NCBI GenBank assembly: GCA_965637545.1
Contig: OZ281497.1
Location: forward strand, 20,770,001 to 20,834,000
Reading direction: 5' to 3'
Length of the DNA stretch: 64,000 nt
Source: Phallusia mammillata
Taxonomy: Eukaryota
The notes beneath the pieces were generated by a model. It saw only the letters and a program-made list of their open reading frames with translations. It was not told where the DNA came from and ran no database searches. Each line of letters opens with the position of its first letter. Position 1 is the first letter of the stretch. Shown one piece after another: positions 9,901 through 18,469 of this stretch. Made by a program: the position numbers and the translations under genes.

Positions 9901-12900
9901 GAGGAATATCACACTTCGTCCATTGAAGGCGCTATACCGAATCAGCCGGTCACCAAGCATTCACCACCATATGGCAAGGCGTAGGCTAGAAAAATCTAGC
10001 TTCAGGGCTGATCCCAGTTATGAATTTATGTGCATCTTAACTGATACTGGTCAATCTGGCGATCCCCTACTACGAAGCTGACATGTGCAGCATACGAGGC
10101 AGGCAACGGTGCTTGTGATTCGACTTTCGGCGGATTCTCCACTGGGCCTGTGTAGCTCAGTTGGTAGAGCGCGAGTCCCGGAAAGACTCCTGTCGTGGGT
10201 TCGAATCCCACCGCAGGCTAGATTTTTCTAGCCTACGCCTTGCCATATGGTGGTGAATGCTTGGTGACCGGCTGATTCGGTATAGCGCCTTCAATGGGCC
10301 TGGCGTACTGTGATTTGAATGATTTAGTTTATCTTTTTGTGCGTTTTTATTTACCATTCGAAAAGACCTTTGAAAAAAATCCTTTTACTAACCTTTTACG
10401 GAACGAACTAAGTTTTGTAGCCATTGTTAATGAGATTGGAAGGATTGCAATGTTTTAAATTTTCATTTTCAGACATCTCTAAGTGAAGTCCAGGAGCACG
10501 CGTCATCCCTGGCATCATCCAGTCTCAAGAAAGACTCGAAGATGAAGCAAATCGAAATCTCACTTCAACAAAAAACTGAAGAGGTCGGCAGGTTGACGTC
10601 ACAACTCAAAAAGGTTTGTATATGATCGAACTATTTTCTTTCACTGACATTCTCAACCAAGCTACACACTTTCGGGATTTTAAATGCCTTACATTCAAAC
10701 GTTTAATAGTGTTTGTGTGTTTTTTAAACATCTTTTGTACCCGTCGGGCATTTCTTTACACCACCAACCAATTTTCGCTGCAACTGCTGTGTTTTCTGTC
10801 AAGTAAATTGTAATCCACAACCCTTATATGATTTAGCTTTCTTGCGTCTCGCAAAAGTGGTAGTTTTTTTCATATTTTATACAATTAGCTTGCAACAACA
10901 ATGGTAGTAATATCGTAGGCGATTGTTCAGCGTTCCTCATTTCGAACTGAATACGTCCAACATGTCTTACTATTTACGTCCATATTCCCTTTTTGCTGTA
11001 TTGCTTTTGTACGTGTAGCTTTCTATGTCAAAACATTTGATTTGACTGGGTTCAAGAATAGTAAGCTATGTGTATTAACCGGTTGGTTTGCAGGCCTCCG
11101 AAGAACATGAAGAAAATCAGGTAAGACTGCCTTGCCACTGCTGCCCGGCTAATTTTTTGCTTTTGCAACTACAGCAGTAGCAAAATTTGCTTGTTTTTTT
11201 TTTACTTTTGGGTGGAATGGTTGAGAATTTTGTTTGAAAATCTTCTAATTCTACAATTAATCTTGAACTTTGAATACAAATCTTTGGATTTGCTGGTGCC
11301 TGAATTTTTGAAGTTTAATTTGTTTTGAGTTTAATGCAACAAAACTTATTTAGTGGCTGCATTAGGTGCTTTGCATAGCAATGCTTCTAGCTTATATCAC
11401 AAACCTATCATTTTTTTGCGGATAAAAACACTTTAAAAACACGATTTTTTTGCTTTAAATATGTTTTGTTCTTTTTTGTCAACGTTAACCCCTTTATGTA
11501 GTTTTTTGCCATACATCTTTTAATATTTACTAATTTTACCCCAAACTACCAACTGCATGCGCCTAACTGCCCGCGAATTTTGGCTCCAATGACGATTTTT
11601 TTCATCATTGTGTTGTCACACAGACTCAGCAATCAGTCGCTCTAGCGAAAACGAAAGAGGAAAGCAAAGAGAAGATTGAAGGATTGGAAAAAGCGTTGAA
11701 GGAAAAATCAGAGGAGGTAGAGACTGACGTCAATGACCTATGACCTTTTACTGACTGTTGATTTTTAAATTTGAATCTCGTTGCCTAGGTAACAAGGGGT
11801 CAAGGCGAGTTGGATCGACTGCTTGAAATCTTGAAGGAAACCGAAAACGAGAAACACAATAAGGACAAGAAAATAATGACTCTCGAGAAGTTGGTGTTTG
11901 TGTTTTGCAACTGATTGGTTTCATTGATTTAACGTCTGTGTTAAACTTTGCAGGCAAACCCGAGACTTAAATGGTCAGATTAAAACCCTTAACGCTCAGA
12001 TGATTGACGAGATGAAGAAGAAGGGAGCAGCCCAGGATAAAGACCTTGCAAAGCTCCTTGTAAGTTATACAAAGAATTAGCTCACGAATATTCTAAACAT
12101 AGAACCTAGGTCTACGAGCTCATGTTTTTGTGCATGTCAAATTTTCTAAATTCATTTTTCAAAAAGGGGTTTTAAACTGTAAAATTTCAGCTTATCTTAA
12201 ACCACTTAAACTTCCCAACAAAAATTGAACGAAATGTGTAGTTTCTTTAAATTTGTTTGTTTGTCTAATTATGAATTTGCCTCACCTTTTTTAACAATTT
12301 TTCTGTGTTTGTTAAGCGTCAAATGAAGACAAGGGATGAGCGGATCGATGAATTGGAGGAAGCTCTGCGAGAGAGTGTCAGCATCACTGCTGAGAGGGAA
12401 GTTGTTCTCTCCAAGGAGGAGGACGCAAGACATAAAGTGGAAAAACAGGTGACTCCATTGTTAAACGAAAATAATCCTTTTTGATTCATTTTTCAACCTC
12501 TTGCTAAATACGTTTCCTATTCATACCTCTGCGTACCATCTTAATCTGGTTTCAATGGTTACACCAGTAATAAACTTTTTTTCCGCGGGAAACATGTTTC
12601 AAAAATCATCAAGATAGGAATTTGAACAGAATGTCCAAGACACGAGTTAAGCCCAATACCAGAAAAGTTTAGTTGGTGCTGGACTCTACTTTGATTTTAA
12701 ATGTTTTTTCATAGTTGGAAGAGCTTGTCCGAGAATTCGAACAGACGAAGGCGATCCTCGCTCAAACCGGAGGAAAACTCACCGCATCTGAAGCTTCCCT
12801 CCACGAGAAGGAGAGGTTGATACAACAGATGAGGATTGAAAGGAGAAAGCATTTGGAAGAAGCGCTTGATGTCAAGTGAGCAAATTATATGCTACTTTCA

Positions 12901-15900
12901 AATTTGGGTTTTTAGGAAATTGTTTATCAAAGTTCACAACAGTGTCATATTCAGCGTTAGTTCCAATTTAAATTGGTGGGGTCGGTGAGTTTTAGAGGTG
13001 AAAATTATGCAACGGAACGTCAATTTAAGTTTCCTGTAACTGTACACCATCTTGAATTTGTGCGCGATTCTGTAGCTTTGTTTGATGTTTTTAAATACTG
13101 AAGATGCCCATTACATAGGTATATATTAAAATACGGTAGATGACTTTAGACTTCCACCATAACTTTCAGATCAAAGTTATCAATCTGTACATAAATCTGT
13201 ACAGTACACTATTTTCTATTTTGCTTCCATGTTTTTTTTCATTTCACTTACCAATTATTTTGTGTAATAGATGCTCTAAGAGATCTAGTAAATGTTTTAC
13301 AGCTAACTTAATAAATTAAGGGTTACCTACAACTGCGCCTATTTTCAGGCAACAAGCTCTTTTAGCGGCAATCAGTGAGAAAGATGCAAACATCGCCCTT
13401 CTCGAACTTTCCCAGTCTCGTAAACGGACGAACGCTGAAGAGGTTTGCTTGCTGAGACGGGAAAAAGATAAACTGGTACAACAACTCAAACAACAAGTAA
13501 GTCGGGAAACTTTAGACATGCAGTTGAGATCATAAGTCTATTTCGTCCTTCAACTGTCAGTACGTTTTTCCTACTCTTCTGTTTAATAACAGCGTTAAAT
13601 TTTCAAATTTGTTTACGCGAGCTGATTAGGTTTGTACACAACATCCCACTTCCATTTTAGTGCCATTTTCTGTACTCTTTGATCACAAACGGTCACCAGA
13701 GGTCCCTAGAGTGCTTTCCTGTTTACTTAGCGCCAAATATGGTCAATAAGCGGCGATGATGCAACACAATTGAGTATGGCTCGATAATGGGCGCCGGGAA
13801 GCAGTCGCGTGGCGTGGGAAGAGCCGCGTTTCCGCTGCTTCAGTCGCGGTTGCGTCGAGATCCGTAACCTTAAGGAAGTGCGAATTGCCGTCGCGCCGTA
13901 ATTGCATGACCGCGTCTCGGTGCACGCGTTTCGTGTTCGCCCGGTGTTAATTTAAGAAGGCTGCAAATCGGATCTCAACAAAAGGCGTCTGAAGCTCTTT
14001 GAACGCAAGCCTATTCCCACGCATTGCAGGTGCACGTATGCAAAGTGATAGGCATGAGCTTGGCCTTGCCGCAGTCTGTGAGCTAGGAAACTTGTTAGGT
14101 GTGAACCGATGCGTGTATTATTGCAAAGCTGCTTGTTTACCTCGGTTTGTGTTTTTCCGGGAAGCGAAAACTCCAGATCTGTGGGTGCTAAGTACTTAAA
14201 CCTTCATAATACGACCTTGGTTTGCCATCTATTTTGTGATTTATCCGTTCCCAGCTTCTCCATTCACAATATGGCAAAATCTCTAACACTGGTGGTCAAA
14301 ACGCTTGTGGTTCGCTGCGACTATGTGCTGTCTTGGTGCATTTAAATTCCTCCGAACTTTGCGTTTTTGGCAAGCGTTGCTGAGACTTCACAACCATACT
14401 TTCGCATCGAATATTTTTGCAGGTGTAGTTTGCCTAATTCGCTGAATCAAGATTTACGGATACATACTTCTCACAACATTTTGCATCTTCTTCACTTAGG
14501 CACAAGTGGTTGCTTCCTGTGCAAGCAACCGGTCTAAACTACTGAACCCGATCACGTAACAAACAACCCAGCAATTAGAATTCCTCAGGGCGCTAGTTTG
14601 CGCCTCGGCCGTGATTTAACTCCCGTTTTCCCGCGGATGATATTCAGCGGTGTTTGGCCTCGTGGCATTGTACCTCGCGCTGTTTAACCTCGAGTCCGCG
14701 GGTCAATTCAACAGGAAGGCGGTGATTTAGCGTAGAGCGGTCAGCGCCGATTGCTAACTATTGTCCCCGTAACCGGTGTTTCAGCAGCTGTTGGCTTGAA
14801 ACCGCAAAAACAAATTGCCAACACGACTTGCTAACCTTCTCGCGGTCGTGTGATGATATTGTGGGAAGATTGTAACAGTAGGGGATAATTTGAACAGGTC
14901 GTGCACACATTTGGGAATTTTTAAAGCTGTTGTTGATGGATTCCTGATCACACGTTTAGCAGTGCCCGGTAATTTGTTACGAAAACTCAAAACACATGGC
15001 AGTGTAGCCCTGAACCAGTGGCAGTTATATGTTGACAACGATTGAATTGAAAACACACTTTAATTAAACCTGACAATGACAACTATATTGTGGCAACACT
15101 TCATCTTTTATGTTACTCGAGTGTTTATAAACGGGATTTACTGATGCAGCCTCTCACATTACTGACGACGGCATGAGCATTTTATATGTCGCCTTTTACG
15201 TCTATTTGAGCCATTATATTTGTCTTCAAACTTCCATAAAACCACTCAAAACATCTGCGTTGGTCACTTATGGCCGTTTCCCGCCATTTGATCAAACTAA
15301 CATTGATGACATCATTTTAAGGAAGAGAAAATTAAATACGAAACCGTCAATTATTTCTATAGTCAGCTGCTGAGATTTGGGTAAACAACCTCAAGTCGTT
15401 TGTGGAACCGAATATTTTCCTTATTTTGCCGAGCCGTCAATTTGAGTGTCCAATTTAACATTCCATTGAGCTGTTTGTTGCTAAATTTGCTCCTCACATC
15501 TTTTGTTGTAGCCGAGGGCTGCCGCTAGAGGCAATAATGAGCAGGTGTAAGATATTGAAATGTCATATTTTGATGCCACGCTTAATTTATATCTGCCTAT
15601 AGCAGGGCTTTTCAAATTGTGGGTAGCGGAATATAATTTTGGGGTCGAGAAACATCATGCGTTATTATATTTGTCACAATAAATGATATACGTGCGTAAA
15701 TTTATTGTTTAAACATCATTCACGTGTATAGGCTATATCCATCAAGGGGTCGCGTGGAATTTTTTTTTCTAAAATGGGGTCGCAGAGCCAGAAAGTTTGA
15801 GAAGCCCTGGCCTATAGTGCTCTGGCCAACACCACCAATGAAAGTGTTTGATAGAATGTATTGTTATTCAAACATATGGTAATATCATACGTCTCTAGGG

Positions 15901-18008
15901 ATTCCTTGTACATTTTCACCATATGAATTACAAAATTCTGTTTTTACACAAACGCTATTACCATAATTATGTTTTGGTCGCACGTCTTAATATTGGTCGA
16001 GTATTGAAGCCGTTGTTGCTGCAATTTTCAAGTTTTTTTTAATTTCCTATTTGTGTTGTTATAGATGTGATTACTGCTAGCAAACCGAATGCCTGCTTTT
16101 TTCTGTTTTAAAGTAACAACTAGGTAACAAACGGTTCTGACCAGCAAGTTTCTTTCAATATTCAAGTGACTAAATTTAAGTTAATCTTTCACAAAGCAAC
16201 TAATAATTGACACTATAATTTCCCACGTGGATTTTGTTCCTTCTATAATAGCACGCTGTCTTCAATTGGCTAATAACAATTCTTTACCAACTCTCGGGTC
16301 ACGAACTTTTAACTCAATGCAAATGACTAAGCGCAATTCACATCGTGAACACCGGAGCTGTTATTATAAGTAACCAAAATGGCTAACGTACACATTCAAC
16401 ACAATAGGTCTTCTTATCTTTAATCACTCTTCGCGGAATAACCAATCAGCAGCACTTGAAATGGCCGAGTTATCTTAAGTGCCGTCTGGTCTTTAGCATT
16501 TGTGCGTCCAGCGTCGAAACAATAGAGATGCTTTGTACGATGATCGTGTATTAAGAGCCGACACTTATCATTTCATGCCCAGGTCGGTGTTAAAATAAGG
16601 TGTGGAGTACAGGAATGCCGTTGGACGTATGTTGTTACGCAATCTTGGTGGGAATACTTTAAATTGAACTCGAATTTACAAATTAATGCCTTTTTGGGTG
16701 ATTATAGGTCGTTTTCCGTATTTTTAACACCGACGTTTTGGCTTGAATCTTATTTGAAGAATTTCTACAGATTAAATATCACCCAATTTGTTACTTCTTA
16801 ATGGATTGCAATTTTGAATGTCCACGTCCCTTTCTATGTTATATTTTATCGCCCCTAAAGCGCTACTAACTGTTCAGTTTAGTTGCTTAATTTGCCTCTT
16901 TGTTATTGCTGTTTGTTTTGACAGACCCAGAACCGCCTGAACCTGATGCAGGACGCAGCGGACACACCCTCGCCACACCCACCGCAAAGCAGCAAATCAC
17001 AGCAGGGCAACGGCAAGACACGTTACAGACCCAACAGTGCTGAAGTAAGTTTTGTGTTTTCACAAACACCTTGCACTTTTTTGTTTTGGTCACAGAAAAA
17101 AATCAAGACACAATTTGCTGACGCGGCAAATTTTCACGTCTGTGTTGTAAAGACCTAGGGTTATAATAAAAAGATTATTGTGTTTTAACAAACCGAATCG
17201 TGTGTGCTAATTAGATTAAGTTGTGTAAATGCGTTTAAAAATTCAAAGGGATATCATTTATGCTTTACGGTGCTCCAAATTATTCATACAAAAATACGTT
17301 AAAGGGGATCGAATATTGAAACAGTCCTGCGAAAAGCGTGCACCTATGACGATAACATAACGCACTTTGCCGTAACAAATACATTCCTTCGCGACAATTG
17401 TAATTCAGTTCTACGAACCTTAACTGTCGCGAGATGACACCAACTAAACGATGGCCAGGCGGCTGAAAAATCCCCATACAGAATCGCTGCAAAATAGGCG
17501 GCAATTTCAGCACCAATTTTCGGCGTAGCGCAATGATCTCGCCCGAAATAACCGCACTGCAACGGTAATTAACCTACCGGTGAACTCTGCGTTTTATGGT
17601 TTTCGCACACTTGAGTCAAATGTGACCGGTATTGTGTGGGATTGGCTTGCGCACAAATAATGGACTAATTAACGCAGGAGACCATGGTCGTTTGATGTTG
17701 TAAGTTAGTTGGTGGAATTTTTGCCTTGCGTAATGGCTAAAATGCGCCTAGTAATAAGATATCAACGCACCTAGTACTTGATTATGAAATTTTATGACCG
17801 TTACGTCAGTTACGTTGGACCTTTGGTGGGTCTATTTGGATGTATGTTGGGTGATTCAACTGCAGGTAACGTTTCTTGGAGTCTTGCTTTTTACCAAACC
17901 ATGTCTTGTTGTCTAACGAAGGTCTATTCGTAGCCGCAAAATCGAAACCCAATTCGTTCATTTTTTTCAATCTTTTCTCAGGACGACGGCGAAGGGATAT
18001 GGGCGTGA
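3768..18008 (+). CDS. ERC1: ERC1/ERC2 (ELKS/CAST, Rab6-interacting active-zone scaffold) orthologue, 5'-partial, 18 exons, ~730 aa in window; join(3768..3922,6391..6536,6967..7032,7300..7455,7785..7952,8840..9007,9241..9378,9684..9824,10473..10613,11094..11120,11624..11716,11789..11889,11954..12059,12317..12448,12715..12875,13349..13496,16925..17044,17982..18008)
   Basis: Manual splicing at GT-AG sites gives one continuous frame with consistent phases (2194 nt). It contains hallmark ERC peptides: RDESVRKLLEMLQ, HIDVLKESLTAKEQRAAILQSEVD, EHASSLASSSLKKDS, ELEEALRESVSITAERE, ALLAAISEKDANIALLELS, C-terminal EGIWA*. Similarity to vertebrate ERC1/2 is from recall, not from a search. Confidence 0.96.
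6391..6536 (+). CDS. ERC1: ERC exon: GLSKSDDSSVVASVEMDALRVQIADYESRLAHTDTLLSEKTRELQKMKM
   Basis: tttccag acceptor, phase 1 completes the Gly codon; ATG|GTGAGA donor. Confidence 0.9.
6967..7032 (+). CDS. ERC1: ERC exon: EADVYDDSASKTKAMQSILDIK
   Basis: ttttttgcag / AAG|GTAATT; resembles ERC 'DSAKTKALQTVIEMK'. Confidence 0.92.
7300..7455 (+). CDS. ERC1: ERC exon: DTKIASLERIIHELEDELNLVRSDGAMNSAERQEEIKQLEVYKSHSNFMKTK
   Basis: tcatag / AAG|GTAGGA; matches 'EREEEMKQMEVYRSHSKFMKNK'. Confidence 0.95.
7785..7952 (+). CDS. ERC1: ERC exon: IEQLKSDLQKKETEMVSLQTRLDTLNNQQSDSRQHIDVLKESLTAKEQRAAILQSE
   Basis: ggcag / GAG|GTAATA; near-identical to the ERC signature 'HIEVLKESLTAKEQRAAILQTE'. Confidence 0.97.
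8678..8755. repeat. Perfect palindrome, 38-bp arms with a 2-nt spacer
   Basis: TGTATAACCAAGTATTGCTCATCCAGCAGTTTTATTGT-TT-ACAATAAAACTGCTGGATGAGCAATACTTGGTTATACA. Confidence 0.97.
8840..9007 (+). CDS. ERC1: ERC exon: VDSLRTRLDEKQQVIDQKQEHLARLQEERSSNGSELSHLRDTLDVKDRKIAVLHKK
   Basis: caccag / AAG|GTCCAA; matches 'VDALRLRLEEK...LDVKERKVNVLQKK'. Confidence 0.94.
9241..9378 (+). CDS. ERC1: ERC exon: IESLAEVVREKDRQITANSERMSALQQDSSTSDSALSTMEEALTEK
   Basis: ttttgcag / AAG|GTTCGA; matches 'TDTALTTLEEALAEK'. Confidence 0.94.
9684..9824 (+). CDS. ERC1: ERC exon: DKVIERLRSSQESAEDKFREEVDDLKKAKRALEKRLEGLQKNLAEKE
   Basis: tttatag / GAG|GTAACT; in frame, coiled-coil character. Confidence 0.93.
9920..10297. 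mobile_element. Unclassified inverted-repeat element containing an internal tRNA mimic (ERC intron)
   Basis: 9920-10000 is the exact reverse complement of 10217-10297 (81 bp); GC-richer than the flanking intron; no TSD found. Confidence 0.8.
10146..10219 (+). tRNA. tRNA-like cloverleaf (pseudo-tRNA or SINE-type Pol III module, not a canonical tRNA; nominal anticodon GGA)
   Basis: Acceptor stem GCCTGTG/CGCAGGC; D arm GCTC-AGTTGGTA-GAGC; stem GAGTC-CCGGAAA-GACTC; T arm GTGGG-TTCGAAT-CCCAC; followed by T5. It has C33 instead of U33, an extra base before the anticodon stem and no Ser-type long variable arm. Confidence 0.55.
10473..10613 (+). CDS. ERC1: ERC exon: TSLSEVQEHASSLASSSLKKDSKMKQIEISLQQKTEEVGRLTSQLKK
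   Basis: ttttcag / AAG|GTTTGT; matches 'EHASSLASSGLKKDSRLK'. Confidence 0.95.
11094..11120 (+). CDS. ERC1: ERC 27-nt microexon: ASEEHEENQ (probably alternative)
   Basis: tttgcag acceptor, strong CAG|GTAAGA donor, phase 0-0, stop-free, purine-rich (GAAGAA x2). Confidence 0.7.
11624..11716 (+). CDS. ERC1: ERC exon: TQQSVALAKTKEESKEKIEGLEKALKEKSEE
   Basis: cacacag / GAG|GTAGAG; in frame. Confidence 0.85.
11789..11889 (+). CDS. ERC1: ERC exon: VTRGQGELDRLLEILKETENEKHNKDKKIMTLE(K)
   Basis: ttgcctag / GAA|GTTGGT (phase 2); matches 'AQAEVDRLLEILKEVENEKNDKDKKI'. Confidence 0.93.
11954..12059 (+). CDS. ERC1: ERC exon: QTRDLNGQIKTLNAQMIDEMKKKGAAQDKDLAKLL
   Basis: tttgcag / CTT|GTAAGT; follows a 64-nt intron; phases are consistent. 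Confidence 0.88.
12317..12448 (+). CDS. ERC1: ERC exon (132 nt): RQMKTRDERIDELEEALRESVSITAEREVVLSKEEDARHKVEKQ
   Basis: Uncommon AAG acceptor (tttgttaag), CAG|GTGACT donor; matches 'DDRIEELEEALRESVQITAEREMVL'. Confidence 0.92.
12715..12875 (+). CDS. ERC1: ERC exon: LEELVREFEQTKAILAQTGGKLTASEASLHEKERLIQQMRIERRKHLEEALDV(K)
   Basis: ttcatag / CAA|GTGAGC; matches 'ERRKHLEEVLEMK'. Confidence 0.95.
13349..13496 (+). CDS. ERC1: ERC exon: QQALLAAISEKDANIALLELSQSRKRTNAEEVCLLRREKDKLVQQLKQQ
   Basis: ttttcag / CAA|GTAAGT; highly conserved ERC motif. Confidence 0.97.
15603..15809. mobile_element. hAT-superfamily (Charlie-like) MITE, 207 bp
   Basis: TIRs CAGGGCTTTTCAAATT / AGTTTGAGAAGCCCTG (14/16); perfect 8-bp TSD GCCTATAG (15595-15602, 15810-15817). 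Confidence 0.92.
16925..17044 (+). CDS. ERC1: ERC exon: TQNRLNLMQDAADTPSPHPPQSSKSQQGNGKTRYRPNSAE
   Basis: tttgacag / GAA|GTAAGT; matches 'TQNRMKLM'. Confidence 0.92.
17982..18008 (+). CDS. ERC1: ERC terminal coding exon: DDGEGIWA* (RIM PDZ ligand)
   Basis: Long polypyrimidine tract plus ctcag acceptor, then GAC GAC GGC GAA GGG ATA TGG GCG TGA. Confidence 0.95.
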   Translation, partial: DDGEGIWA

Positions 18009-18463
18009 CGTCACACAATACACGATAAAAAACAATACCGCTAAAACCAGCGAAGCGTAACACTGCAATCCATCAAGCAGGTTCGGTGGAATGACACGCG
18101 CACATGCGGAAGGCGTCCTCATAAAAAACACATATTGCCCAGCAGCCTAAATTTATTTGTAACAATTTTTTGTGATAACCTCCCGTGGAATGTTTTGTTT
18201 GTTGAACTTTTTTCCTTGCTTTTATTGCTTGGTTGCACTTCTCTCTTGGCATGGTATTCCGTTTACTTTTATACTTAGCCTTGCAGACACCATTGCAGTC
18301 TAAAGAACATTTTCAGTCTACCTGATGTGTGTGTTTCGCTTTGGCATTTCAGTGCTTAACAGAAACATTATAGATTTTAGCTCTGCAATTATGCCAAAGC
18401 AGTTTAAAAAGGAATAACTATACCCTTGTTTGCCCAAACTGATTTATTTACATGCGTTCAAAA

Positions 18464-18469
18464 AATAAA
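18464..18469 (+). promoter_or_regulatory. Candidate polyadenylation signal AATAAA for ERC
   Basis: First canonical AATAAA I found after the stop codon; no transcript support. Confidence 0.3.

Noticed and set aside
10146-10219. Functional tRNA-Ser(GGA)
   Set aside because: C33, extra nucleotide before the anticodon stem, no long variable arm and embedded in an inverted-repeat element; treated as a tRNA mimic
9899-10357. Two ORFs sharing the peptide PLKALYRISRSPSIHHHMARRRLEKSS
   Set aside because: Artefact of the 81-bp inverted repeat, not a duplicated gene
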